NCBI GenBank assembly: GCA_964016885.1
Contig: OZ024747.1
Coordinates: 11,160,001 to 11,224,000, forward strand
DNA length: 64,000 bases
Direction: 5' to 3'
Origin: Eledone cirrhosa
Taxonomy: Eukaryota
In this document: positions 11,947 through 26,187 of the stretch, one piece after another
Layout: each line of letters begins with the position of its first letter
Position numbering within the stretch: the first letter of the stretch is position 1
Program-made: the position numbers and the translations under genes
The notes under the pieces: model-generated
Seen by the model: only the letters and a program-made list of their open reading frames with translations
What the model was told of the DNA's origin: nothing
Database searches by the model: none

Positions 11947-13155
11947 AGTGGTATAGTTACAGTAGCTGTAATGTGGTGGTATAGTTACAGTAGCTGTAAT
12001 GTGGTGGTGTAGTTACAGTAGCTGTAATGTGGTGGTGTAGTTACAGTAGCTGTAATGTGGTGGTGTAGTTACAGTAGCTGTAATGTGGTGGTGTAGTTAC
12101 AGTAGCTGTAATGTGGTGGTGTAGTTACAGTAGCTGTAATGTGGTGGTATAGTTACAGTAGCTGTAATGTGGTGGTGTAGTTACAGTAGCTGTAATGTGG
12201 TGGTGTAGTTACAGTAGCTGTAATGTGGTGGTATAGTTACAGTAGCTGTAATGTGGTGGTATAGTTACAGTAGCTGTAATGTGGTGGTATAGTTACAGTA
12301 GCTGTAATGTGGTGGTATAGTTACAGTAGCTGTAATGTGGTGGTATAGTTACAGTAGCTGTAATGTGGTGGTATAGTTACAGTAGCTGTAATGTGGTGGT
12401 GTAGTTACAGTAGCTGTAATGTGGTGGTGTAGTTACAGTAGCTGTAATGTGGTGGTGTAGTTACAGTAGCTGTAATGTGGTGGTATAGTTACAGTAGCTG
12501 TAATGTGGTGGTGTAGTTACAGTAGCTGTAATGTGGTGGTGTAGTTACAGTAGCTGTAATGTGGTGGTATAGTTACAGTAGCTGTAATGTGGTGGTATAG
12601 TTACAGTAGCTGTAATGTGGTGGTATAGTTACAGTAGCTGTAATGTGGTGGTATAGTTACAGTAGCTGTAATGTGGTGGTATAGTTACAGTAGCTGTAAT
12701 GTGGTGGTATAGTTACAGTAGCTGTAATGTGGTGGTATAGTTACAGTAGCTGTAATGTGGTGGTATAGTTACAGTAGCTGTAATGTGGTGGTATAGTTAC
12801 AGTAGCTGTAATGTGGTGGTATAGTTACAGTAGCTGTAATGTGGTGGTATAGTTACAGTAGCTGTAATGTGGTGGTATAGTTACAGTAGCTGTAATGTGG
12901 TGGTATAGTTACAGTAGCTGTAATGCGGTGGTATAGTTACAGTAGCTGTAATGCGGTGGTATAGTTACAGTAGCTGTAATGCGGTGGTATAGTTACAGTA
13001 GCTGTAATGTGGTAGTGTAGTGTTAGTACAGTAGCTGTAATGTGGTAGTGTAGTGTTAGTACAGTGCTGTAATGTGGTGGTGTAGTGTTAGTACAGTGCT
13101 GTAATGTGGTGGTGTAGTGTTAGTACAGTGCTGTAATGTGGTGGTGTAGTGTAGT
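11947..13155. repeat. 28-bp minisatellite with an internal hairpin
   Basis: gtggtggtRtagTTACAGtagCTGTAAt, about 38 copies plus variants. Confidence 0.97.
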
Positions 13156-13264
13156 TCTAGAAGTCACTAGGCCTGCTAGAACTAGAACAGCTAGAACAGC
13201 CAAATATCCCTGCTTCTAATCTACAGGTTAACTAATAAATCTAGAGAGCTTAAAGAAAACTTAC

Positions 13265-13277
13265 ACATGCCATCCAT
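13265..13277 (-). CDS. PR/PLAG gene first coding segment (M-D-G-M-W), inside a 63-nt exon at 13265-13327
   Basis: ttttcAG acceptor at 13329-13328, GTaagt donor at 13264. ATG lies in AAAATGG context with an in-frame TGA upstream. The final T joins GG of the next exon to give the knuckle Trp codon. Confidence 0.78.
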
Positions 13278-13632
13278 TTTTTCAGTCGTGTCTTCTAAAC
13301 ATATTCTTCAAACATTAAATGCCAAACCTGAAAATTCAAAACAAAGAATATTTATAACAACAATAATTAATACATTAATACATTGTAATAATGATTGTTA
13401 TTTTTAACTTTGGTACAAGACCACAAAATCTGGGAAAGTATTTAACTGGTACATTTTATTGATTCCAGAAAGATGTGGGTGTTTGTGTGCGTTTATGAAT
13501 ATATGCTGGATGTATGTAGGTATGTATATATGATGAATGCGTATGTATGTATGAATGATGCATGTATGTGTGTGTAAATATGTATGTATATAATTATGTA
13601 TATGATGTATGTATATGTATATGTGAATGTAA

Positions 13633-13676
<44 letters not shown>

Positions 13677-13899
13677 GCCAGACAGTCCTATGCGAGCAAG
13701 ACAATCACTCTTGCCTCAAGTGGGACTACCCCCGTCCAAACCCATGCAAGCGTGGAACACGGACGTTAAACGTTGATGATGATGATGATGATGATGATAT
13801 ATATATATGTGAATGTATGTATGTATGTATGGACCCATATACTCCAAATGGAGTTATAGGTGGTTAGAATGTCTGAGGAAAAAAAAAAAAAAAAAATCA

Positions 13900-14110
13900 C
13901 TGGATAGATTTGATGGGCAAAACCAACCAGTGGGAGACCCAGGGGTAGACCCCTAGCAAGATGGTTAGATAACATCCATGAGCTCAGCTGGTCTTGCTTG
14001 GGCATCCAGCTGGATCAGATAGGTCAGTTGCTTCTGACAGGACCTGCTGGAAGGTGGTGAGAGATGATACCAAATCTGTGAGACTCAGAGAGGAGATAAC
14101 GTAGGAACAC
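13900..14110 (+). mobile_element. RTE-like 3' fragment
   Basis: KPTSGRPRGRPLARWLDNI...; an inverted homologue is at about 8750-8855. Confidence 0.55.
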
Positions 14111-14206
14111 GAGTGATGAGATGTTGTGCTGAAATGGACCCGTCCACCCCCGTGCAAGAATGGAAAAGCACATGTGAAAACAATGACAATGATACAACTA
14201 CATATA

Positions 14207-14767
14207 CAAGGTGTCCCACAAAAATATATACACACTTCGACAGTATTATAACCCTTTAGCATTTACATTACTCTATATTTACTATTGTATTTTCACGATA
14301 AAGGCTTTACCTCACATAACATTTACATTACTCTATATTTACTATTGTATTTTCACGATAAAGGCTTTACCTCACATAACATTTACATTACTCTATATTT
14401 ACTATTGTATTTTCACGATAAAGGCTTTACCTCACATAACATTTACATTACTCTATATTTACTATTGTATTTTCACGATAAAGGCTTTACCTCACATAAC
14501 ATTTACATTACTCTATATTTACTATTGTATTTTCACGATAAAGGCTTTACCTCACATAATTATCTCACATAATATTTTATCTATGAGTTTTTGATATCAT
14601 TTATTTTGATAACAATACCTTAACATCAGTATGAGTGGATGGTACAGCTGGTTTGAACAGAAAAAGGTGAGAGAAGTCTGGCCGGATATGGCCGGTTTAA
14701 ATGCTAAAGGGTTAAATATTTATTAAAATGCTGTTGAAGTGTGTATACATTTTTGTGGGACACCCTG
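14207..14767. mobile_element. Tc1/mariner-type MITE carrying a nested piggyBac-like MITE
   Basis: TA-flanked TIRs caaggtgtcccacaaaaatatatacacactt / aagtgtgtatacatttttgtgggacaccctg. An uninterrupted relative is at 20414-20514. Confidence 0.75.
14252..14711. mobile_element. piggyBac-like MITE with an internal 60-bp x5 tandem array
   Basis: (a)taa-CCCTTTAGCATTTA ... TAAATGCTAAAGGG-ttaa. A homologous right end is at about 9780-9863. Confidence 0.7.
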
Positions 14768-14914
14768 TATATACATATACATGATGGACTCTTCTGTCAT
14801 ATATTGATGTATGAGGGTTCAACAGTCTTCTTAGTTCATATTTTATTGTTATGTCTTAAATGGTACTTTAATCCAGCTGCTGATTTACACATCAAACCAT
14901 ATTTAATGCAGATG

Positions 14915-17100
14915 ACATATACATATACATACTCATATATATATATGCATATACATATGCATATACATGTACATGTACATACATATACTCATATACATGT
15001 ACATACACATACTCATATACATATACATACACACATATATATATATACATATACATACACACATATATATATATATACATATACATACACACATATATAT
15101 ACATATACATACACACATATATATACATACACATATATATATATATATACATATACATACACACATATATATACATACACATATATATATACACACACAT
15201 ACTCATATACATATATATACATACTTATATACATACTTATATACATATATATACATACTTATATACATATATATACATACTTATATACATATATATACAT
15301 ATATATACATACTTATATACATATATATACATACTTATATACATATATATACATACTTATATACATATATATACATATATATACATACTTATATACATAT
15401 ATATACATACTTATATACATATATATACATACTTATATACATATATATACATACTTATATACATATATATACATACTTATATATATATATACACATACTC
15501 ATATACATATATATACATACTCATATACATATATATATACATACTTATATACACATATATACATATTTATATACATATATATACATACTTATATACATAT
15601 ATATACATACTTATATACATATATATATACATACTTATATACATATATATATACATACTTATATACATATATATACATACTTATATACATATATATACAT
15701 ACTTATATACATATATATACATACTTATATACATATATATACATACTTATATACATATATATACATACTTATATACATATATATACATACTTATATACAT
15801 ATATATACATACTTATATATATATATACACATACTCATATACATACTTATATACATATATATACATACTTATATACATATATATACATACTTATATACAT
15901 ATATATACATACTTATATACATATATATACATACTTATATACATATATATACATACTTATATACATATATATATACATACTTATATACATATATACATAT
16001 ATATACATACTTATATACATATATATACATACTTATATACATATATATACATACTTATATACATATATATACATACTTATATACATATATAAACATACTT
16101 ATATACATATATAAACATACTTATATACATATATATACATATATATACATACTTATATACATATATATACATACTTATATACATATATATACATACTTAT
16201 ATACATATATATATACATATATACATATATATACTTATATACATATATATACATACTTATATACATATATATACATACTTATATACATATATATACATAC
16301 TTATATACATATATATACATACTTATATACATATATATACATACTTATATACATATATATACATACTTATATACATATATAAACATACTTATATACATAT
16401 ATAAACATACTTATATACATATATATACATACTTATATACATACTTATATACATATATAAACATACTTATATACATATATAAACATACTTATATACATAT
16501 ATATACATACTTATATACATATATATACATACTTATATACATATATAAACATACTTATATACATATATAAACATACTTATATACATATATAAACATACTT
16601 ATATACATACTCATATACATATATATACATATACATATACACACATATATATATATATAAACATACTTATATACATATATATACATACTTATATACATAT
16701 ATATACATACTTATATACATATATATACATACTTATATACATATATATACATACTTATATACATATATAAACATACTTATATACATATATATACATACTT
16801 ATATACATATATATACATACTTATATACATATATATACATACTTATATACATATATATACATACTTATATACATATATAAACATACTTATATACATATAT
16901 ATACATACTTATATACATATATATACATACTTATATACATATATATACATACTTATATACATATATATACATACTTATATACATATATAAACATACTTAT
17001 ATACATATATAAACATACTTATATACATACTCATATACATATATATACATATACATATACACACATATATATATATATATATATATACATACTCATACAC
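14915..17100. repeat. TA-derived 22-bp minisatellite
   Basis: atacatatatatacatacttat units. Source of the spurious YI/TH ORFs. Confidence 0.95.
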
Positions 17101-17574
17101 ATAGATACACAGAAAGCAAATAAGAATTATATACATATTTAGCATGTATAATAATATATAGACAACAGCTGTATATGACATACAGCTGTTCATTATTAAT
17201 GTATTTAATATCATCATCATCATCATCATGTTTTCCATACTTGCATGGGTTGGACCATTATGGCTAGAGTTACGGCTCTTGCCATTCTGAGTTCAAATCC
17301 TGCCGAGGTCAACTTTGCCTTTCATCTTTACGGGGTCGATAAAATAAAGTACCAGTAATGCACTGGGTGATTGCTGGCCTTGTGCCAAGAGTAGAAACAA
17401 TTATTAAAGGTGTTCCACATGTTTAGCTTTACAAGGGGTTCAGGTGATGATGATGATGATGATGAAGGTGATGGTGATGATGGTGGTGATGGTGATGATG
17501 ATGAAGGTGATGATGGCGATGATCCCTTATGAAGTTTCTTTTTGACCAGGACATAGAAGTTGTTTGACGAATAA

Positions 17575-17858
17575 ATATATAGCTACTTTCACAGTATATA
17601 ACTGTCTATAATATAAAGCTACTTTCACAGTATATAACTGTCTATAATATATAGCTACTTTCACAGTATATAACTGTCTATAATATATAGCTACTTTCAC
17701 AGTATATAACTGTCTATAATATATAGCTACTTTCACAGTATATAACTGTCTATAATATATAGCTACTTTCACAGTATATAACTGTCTATAATATATAGCT
17801 ACTTTCACAGTATATAACTGTCTATAATATAAAGCTACTTTCACAGTATATAACTGTC
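17575..17858. repeat. 36-bp minisatellite
   Basis: agctactttcacagtatataactgtctataatatat, about 8 copies. Confidence 0.95.
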
Positions 17859-19934
17859 GTGTTAGTGTGATCTGACTGTCCCTTCTTTCTCAAACAAGAG
17901 TAGCAGCAGTGGTGGTGGTGTGATCCGATTGTCAGGTCCCTCTATCTTAAACAAGTTAACAGTTGTACAACATAGCCTCACAGGTCAGCAATTTTCAGAC
18001 ACTGAACAAGCATGGAGACTGGTTTTATTATTCTCCTTTGATCTCAGACAGGTTTCAAAAACAACACTTCAATATCTCTAACATTCAACTTAAAATGATA
18101 ATGTCCTCTCTTAAAGTACTGCAGGGCTTTCTAGGACTTTCAGGAAATTGCTCCTTATCCGTATGAAGAATGTGCTCCAGAATAAACTATTCAGCTGGGC
18201 TTCACTGGCTGCTAGGTTTTCCCCCAAGAACATTGTTGATCAGTAAACATCTATAATATGTTTTAATAACCACATTACTTGACTGTGAGTACCTGATAAT
18301 ACTCCAGATGTCAGGCTAATAACATTACTTGACTGGTACAGGACTGTGAGTACCTGATAATACTCCAGATGTCAGACTAATAACAACATTACTTGACTGG
18401 TACTTGACTGTGAGTACCTGATAATACTCCAGATGTTTACGATGTGAGGTGTTTGTGACAGGGTTCCACTGTATTATTGAGTGGAGATAGATATTTCCAT
18501 ATCTGCCAGGCTTATCAAGTACAGCTGCCTCTCAGACCAATTTTGGTGACTAACCATTCTATATCAACATTCTAATTCTCCAGCATTTGTAGGTTTAGAC
18601 CAAACCAGACCTGAAACACCTTTAAAGATGTTTCTTGGATTACATCATTCAATGTCATTCCTTTCTCAAGACAGTCACTTGTAATTTGGGGTAATTTAGC
18701 TGCTATTGCTTGCAGATAGAACAACCACACAGAGAGGTTCTCTTGTTGGCACTGACATTATTATTATTATCCCGCCGAGGTTGACTTTGCCTTTCATCCT
18801 TACGGGGTCGATAAAATAAAGTACCAGTAATGCACTGGGTAATTGCTGGCCTTGTGCCTAAAGTAGAAACAATTATTATCATTGTTGTTTTAACCTTGAT
18901 TGAGTATACCTATGGATCAAAAGCATTCTAGCCATGACCATCCCATCATATTTTCAGACATTGTGTGTCTAAGACCACTTTATACAAGGTAACATTCTAA
19001 CAAGGTATTACTATTGTTATTTAACCATAGGTCAGCCATAATCAGGCAGATCTACACACAAAGGAGTTCCACTCATGCCCATCCAGTATTTTCAGATTAC
19101 AGACTGTAATTTCTTTGTTCTTTTTTTTTAAAGGCCGTGGAGTGTAATTCGAGTGAAACTTGACTGGTATCTCTAGCAAGTCGAACGACCATGTAGAAGG
19201 TCACATATAGTTATTGTTATTGTTTAGCCCCGGGACGGCCCAGATTGAGCAGAACTATGGTGTTCTAGCAATGACCAAACCCCTTCCCCGGTCCCTTAGG
19301 GCATACGTATTATACGTCTATGACTACATTATACAATGTAATCTTAGATGTCGTCTTTAGGGAGGTAAAGTATGATTTTCAAGAAATTTGACTGCCATAT
19401 CTAGCAGATCAAACGACCACACAGAGGCTGTCTTGTTGACATGAATATTAAATACCAGAAAACACATGCATGTATATATACAAGTATAGTTACAATACAC
19501 TAAGATACAGTTATATATGTTTATATATATATATATATATATATTTACATACAACCACATATATAAACAAACAGCCATGAGTTAACGAACGAGGATCTAT
19601 ATAGTTTTTTCAATCTGTTAGAAACCACCTCACCTTCAAATCATACCTTATCGTATTAATTAGAAGACATTGGATAATGTGTTACTTCTTGGTACACAAA
19701 ACAAATGGAATGATTACAGCTGGAATGTATTCCATGATATATCTGCTCGTTCAGAGTCGACTTAGGGTTAAACAACAACAGTCATTCACATACATACAAC
19801 CACACTTATATACATATACATGCATACGTGTACACATTAACAAAAATATGAGCACACATATGCACATGCATTTTCAGACACGTACATTCATAAAACAAAA
19901 ATACGCACTTATAGCTACACACATATACATATAT

Positions 19935-19983
<49 letters not shown>

Positions 19984-20320
19984 TATATATAAATATACAC
20001 ACACATATATATAAATATACACACACATATATATATATATACATACACACGCATATATATATATACACACACGCATATATATACACACATACGCATATAT
20101 ATACACACATACGCATATATATACACACATACGCATATATATATGCATACACACGCATATATATATGCATACACACGCATATATATATGCATACACACGC
20201 ATATATATATACACACACACGCATATATATATACACACACACGCATATATATATACACACACATACGCATATATATACACACATATATATATATACACAC
20301 ACACACGCATATATATATAT

Positions 20321-20413
<93 letters not shown>

Positions 20414-20416
<3 letters not shown>

Positions 20417-20514
20417 GGTGTCCCCCCAAAATGTATACACACTTCAACAGCATTCTAATAAATATCGCCTGTACAGGTAATCAAAGTGTGTATACATTTC
20501 TGAGGGACACCCTG
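20414..20514. mobile_element. Tc1/mariner-type MITE (~100 bp)
   Basis: TA-cagggtgtccc...aaatgtatacacactt / aagtgtgtatacattt...gggacaccctg-TA. Confidence 0.75.
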
Positions 20515-21070
20515 TATATGTATATATACATACATAAATATATGTGTGTGTACATATATATATATCACACGCACTTTATAAATTACACAATGAAGGCAGT
20601 ATTCCAACATGAAGAGAGATGAGTTGACTTCAAACAAACTGAAGAACACACATTTACAAACCACAATATTTTTACATGGAAGTAAACAGAACGGTAAAGT
20701 TCTGTCCACAACAAACCAAATTAACAACAAAAACACGACAGGAGACTTTCCATGAATTTAAACAGTCAAAAAAGATATTACCATTCTGTTGTCGGTGGTA
20801 GGGGAGGTGTTTAAAATTAAATTTATAATTATTAGAAAAAAAATTATCAGTAAATGTTAAAATCTTTACATTAAACGTAGCTTTAAACCCCGAGTTTGGC
20901 AGTCATTAAGTTTTGCTGGGGTAAATCAAAACCTTTGTTAAATTAATTACTGTTGAAAAAATAATTCAGCACAATTTAAACAACCTTTTCCTCCGCAAAA
21001 GATGAATCTCTGAAATAAAAAAAAATATATATATATATTTAAAGTAAAAAAAAACATCTGCAAGACTTAC

Positions 21071-21139
21071 TTCTTTACTTTCTTTCTTTTTCAGTAGAAT
21101 AACGAGAGATCGAAATTAGTTCCTTTTCCTCAGCAGGTG

Positions 21140-21172
<33 letters not shown>

Positions 21173-21470
21173 GAAATGTTGATGAAAAGATAACTATATA
21201 TACATATGTATATATATGTATGTATGTATATAACGATGCCAAAGGTAAGATAGTGAGTGTAAAGAAATAAACAGAGATGTTAGATGAGTTAAAATGTCAT
21301 AACAAGATCGAATTTAGGTCCAATGTGTATGAGAGAGATGGAATCAATGAAGATGTCAAGGAAAGAAAATGCCATTTGCTGTCGTCAGCGTCGCGCGAAC
21401 CGCGCTTCTCTCTCTTATTTTTTAAATATGTTTTCTCACACTGCCAATCTCCGGTACACTATCCGACTCT
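21071..21470 (-). promoter_or_regulatory. Putative promoter and non-coding first exon of the PR/PLAG gene
   Basis: AAG/GTAAGT donor on the minus strand at 21070. Local CpG cluster (gtcgtcagcgtcgcgcgaaccgcgc, about 21381-21405) in otherwise CpG-poor DNA. TSS not determined. Confidence 0.5.
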
Positions 21471-22239
21471 ATCATATATATATCTATGTGTGTGTGCTGT
21501 TTAGTTATGTATGCATATTTTATAAATATTTACAGACTAATATTACGGTTTCCAGATGTTGTAAGAATTATGTAAGAAAACACGATTAAAAATAATAATA
21601 ATGATAAACAAATAAATTAGAATTTTTTTCTGAAAAAAAAAGAGAGAGAAAGGATAAGAAGTAAGAAGGGATTTCCCAAATAAAGTATAATATTCTCTCT
21701 CTCTTTCTCTTTGTTTCTCCTTTATTTCTCTTATTGTTTTTCTCACTGTCTTTCTCTATACATCTCTAATTGCTAAATTAAGATCTTCTTAACACGAGTT
21801 ACTTCCCCTAACTCTGACGCTCTTTTACCAATCGAGAAAAACAAATTGTACTTTTCGCCTCGTTTCTTTGCTTTCATTTTTCTGTCATTCTAAAAAGAAA
21901 CTTTCCAAAGTCAGCGTAAACTTTTTTTTCCTCGGACAATTTTTTTTCTCTCTTTTTTTTTTGTTGCTTTTTTGTTCTTTTAGTTCCATTCTTTTAATTT
22001 CCTATTATGTCTAAAAATGTCTTAGTCCCCAAATATGGCCATTAACCATTAGGAAAATGAACAGAACAAATTATGTCATCATCATCATCATTATCATCAT
22101 CACCGTTTTACGTCCATTTTTCCACGCTTGCATGGGTTAGACGAGTTGTCCTGTTGTGGGCAATGCTAGGTCAGGTAACCATGTCTTGCTCACACAACTG
22201 GTCGACTTAATCCTAAAATTAAAGAGTTCCGTTATATAA

Positions 22240-22545
22240 GACAAGGCCTTTGACAGGGTTTCATTGCTCTGTAATCTGATGGTCGCTAAGGAAGCTTCTA
22301 TACATGACTATCATGGCTTGTGAGAGCTATGATAGCCATGTATAGAAGTACAACCAGCAAGAGGAGACTTGGCCAGGGGTACATTGATGAATTTGAAGTG
22401 CAGAAAAGGGTCCATCAAGGTTCAGTTCTCAGTCCACTTTTGTTTATCATTGTCATTTGGACCATAACAAGGAATTTAAAGATTGGCTGTCTATAGAACT
22501 CTTGTCTGCTGGTAACCTAGTCCTTACAGCTGAGTCTGTGGGAAA
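22240..22545 (+). mobile_element. Highly degenerate RTE reverse transcriptase fragment
   Basis: Remnants of AFDRV and VHQGSVLSPLLFIIV (gggtccatcaaggttcagttctcagtccacttttgtttatcattgtc). Confidence 0.65.
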
Positions 22546-23204
22546 GTAAGAAGTAAAATAAAACACCAGTAAGGTAAAGTTAACTTAATCAACTTTCCTT
22601 TCTCTGAAATTACTGGTCTTATGTTTAAATTAGAAATCATCATCATCATCATTGTGAGCAATACTCTCATTTTATATTTTATCCTCCAACAGAAATGAAA
22701 TGCCCTCGGTTCTACAGTGTTCCTATAGATGAATGTTATTCTACTTTGACAGGGTTACAAAGGAACGTCATAGCAATAACTAGGCTACCTAACATGGGTG
22801 TTGTTTAACACTTTTGATACAAAACTGCCAGAAACTACCCCTGGTTCTATGATACAAGCAGTTTGTTGATGTTTATCTGAATAAACTTTCCATTATAATT
22901 GTAGACCACAAGAGCTGGCGCTATGCTGTGCTGGTGAGGACTGCAGAGCTGGTACTATGCTGTGCTTCTGAGGACCGCAAAAGCTGGCATTGGTGAGGGC
23001 CACAGGAGCTAGCACTATGCTGTGCTGTTAAAGACCACAAGAGCTAGTGCTATGCTGTTGAAGACCACAAAAGCTAGTACTATGATGCGCTGGTGAGGAC
23101 ACGGTCTACAGCATTCAATGTGGCCTGTCATATTCCCTTGCCTTCCCCTTCCTATAGCTATCCTTAATATCTAGTCTTATCATACTTAATAATTTGTTCT
23201 GTCT

Positions 23205-23425
23205 AACATTGGCACAAGGCCGGCAATTTGGGAGAAGGGGAACATCATATATTAACCCAGCATTTAACTGGTACTTTATTTTATCAGCCCCTGGAAGAGT
23301 GAAAGGCAGAGTTGACCTTGACTGAAAGGCAACGCTAACCTCGACAGGAATTGAACTCAGAATGTAACTATATGCCACAAAGCATGTTGTCCGACGCTCT
23401 ACTAATTCTATAGCTAATCCACCAC
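23205..23425 (-). mobile_element. tRNA-derived SINE (Meta-like core)
   Basis: Reverse complement of the family at 10268-10462. Confidence 0.65.
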
Positions 23426-24039
23426 TCTTTCACCAACTTAATAATGAGCAAGTTAATGATATTACTAAAATCTCTCTAAATTCTTCCTGTTGAAATATGG
23501 TCAACAAAATCTCAGAATTGGAGTACAGCGCTGTACTAAATAGCATGTGAGTACCTTTCAACATTTCTCTCACTTAAAGCTAATGTTACCATTCTTATTG
23601 GTCTTCTAATCCAACGTTTTTTTTTATTTACCAACTCAGAATGAATGCTGATCTGATAATCAGATTTTATCATCATCATCATCATTTTTATATCCCTTTT
23701 TTCGTGTTGTCAAGGGTTAGAATAGACATAATTGAAGCAGTATTCTATGACTATATGCCTTTCTTAATGCTTAGCCTTGTCAGACATTTATTTTTGAAGG
23801 ACATAAACAAACATCATAGAATCAACTTTAGCTGTGTGAAATGCAAATCAAAGACACAGAGACAAATAAACACACACACATAAATTTGGATGTAAGAGGA
23901 ATATCTTGTTCAAATAAGCTGATCCATTTCTGTTGTCCAATGCTGGAACAAACGTTTAACCATAACTCAGCTAGGTTAGACATGGTGAGACAGACTTGTA
24001 TGGATTGGGGATTCTAAAACAAGTCCCAACAGCCTTAAT

Positions 24040-24415
24040 AATTGTTGCTACTTTTGGCACAAGGCCAGCAATTACTCCAGTGAATTAGTGGTACTTTATT
24101 TTTTTACCCCATAAGGATGAAACGAAAAGTACAGCGGCGGGATTTGAACTCAGAACGTAAAGGGCCATAACTCTCTGCTGCAAAACATGGTGTCTGACGC
24201 TCTACCGATACTGCCAATCCAGCCTTAATAATTGCTTCTACTTTAGGCACAAGGCCAGCAATTACCCAGTGCATTACTGGTACTTTATTTTATCGACTTC
24301 GTAAGGATGAAAGGCAAAGTCAACCTCGGCGGGATTTGAACTCAGATCGTAAAGGGACGTAACTATGCTGGAAAATATGGCGTCCGACCCTCTACCGATA
24401 CTGCCAATCCACTTT
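24040..24415 (-). mobile_element. Two head-to-tail SINE copies
   Basis: Two units ggcacaaggccagca...ggatttgaactcaga...gatactgccaatcc. Confidence 0.75.
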
Positions 24416-25512
24416 AATAATGTCACAAAAAGAAAAACATTTAAGATAATAGAATCTACAACAGTTATTTCCCTTGTAAAAATAAATATGTATGAGTTAT
24501 GTCCCTTATATAATTTTATTTTATTTTATTTTTTGTAATCATGGACATTTCGCAACCTGCTAGAAATACCAACCAAGTCTCTCTAATGTTATCGGCGGAT
24601 AAATCAAAGTCCTTCGTTCATCAAAAGCCACAAAAAGAGAGGGAGGGGTATGGAAAGTGTAGTATCAGGAATTGTGGTGGCTCAGCATTGACAGGAACAA
24701 ATCAAACAACAGTATTACAAGTCTTTATATAAGTACAGTACACTGTAATACATATATACATGTCGAGACTTCCTTTGTCTAGTAGTTCTTGCTCTTCTCT
24801 CTTTCCTCTCATTTATGGCATTTATAGTACTTTCCAATACAACTTTCTTTTTTAACTTAACATTTCATTGTAACAAACACAAACATTAAAAAAAAAAACA
24901 AATGAATTTTTTCTCTAAATTTGATAATTTTTATTTTTTACTTTGAAAATTTGTAAATGTAAATTTTAAATAATTATTTTCTTATTATAACAGTTTTAAA
25001 GAGAGGATGTGAACCTAACTGACATAAGTATTGTACAGACACACACATATAAATACATATATATACACACACATATACAGACATTTATACACATACATAA
25101 ACACACATATATACATACACACACACACATATAAACATATATACACGTACATACTCATACATATACACACATATATATATATATATATACTCACATACAT
25201 ATATATACACACACACACACATATATACATACACACCACACATACATATATAAATACACACGTTTATAATTACATCTTCCGCTATATACATATATATATA
25301 TATATATACATATAATATATATATACATACATAGATACATATACATATATATATATTGATATATACAGATACATACATAGATACATATACATATATATAT
25401 ATATATTGATATATACAGATATGTATACTTATATACACACACACATATATATATTATATATGTGTGTGTGTATATGTATGAGTATACACACATTTATATA
25501 TATATATACATA

Positions 25513-25561
<49 letters not shown>

Positions 25562-25571
25562 TACATATATA

Positions 25572-25761
25572 CAGGGGGTCCTGGAAAGTACCTGGCTTTA
25601 AGGTATTGTGAAAGAGTAGAGCTGTTACCTTTACAGGTGAGGTAAGACCACTGGAATAGGTGTGTCAATCTGAGAGGGGGAATATGTTGAATAATATCAT
25701 AATTAACTGATCCTCTTGTATTTTCTAATACACAAAGCCAGGAGCTTTTCAGCACTCCCTA
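25572..25761. mobile_element. Mariner-like MITE
   Basis: Imperfect TIRs cagggggtcctggaaagtacctggcttt / aaagccaggagcttttcagcactccct with TA flanks. Confidence 0.6.
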
Positions 25762-26187
25762 TATTTACATATAGAGATAGATGTAGATGTACCAATTGCG
25801 TTGTTATTTCTCTTTACCTTTTAGATACATACATATATATATATACACATACATGTGTGTGTATATGTATATACATATATCTGTATTTCCATCTATCTAT
25901 ATATATGTATATATATATATGTGTGTGTGTGTGTATGCCTGTACAAGACAATATACATTTTTAAAAGTGTATGTCTGTATATACACAGGCACATGCACAC
26001 ACACACACACACACATATACACACATGCACACACACACATATACACATACATACACACACATCTCTCCACTATAACATTTGACTCTGTCTGCCAACAAAT
26101 CTCATTAGATTAAGCAGAGAAACCCTCCTATAAGATTGAAGAGAGAAAAATATAGTGAAAGTGTTTCAATGAAATGATTCAGTGATT

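Noticed and set aside
1-13277. Assigning the symbol PRDM10 or PLAG1
   Set aside because: The two halves point to different families; orthology needs a phylogeny.
14741-16382. 457-aa and 471-aa Y/I/H/T-rich ORFs, and many similar ORFs across the window
   Set aside because: Translations of TA/CA microsatellites that lack stop codons by composition.
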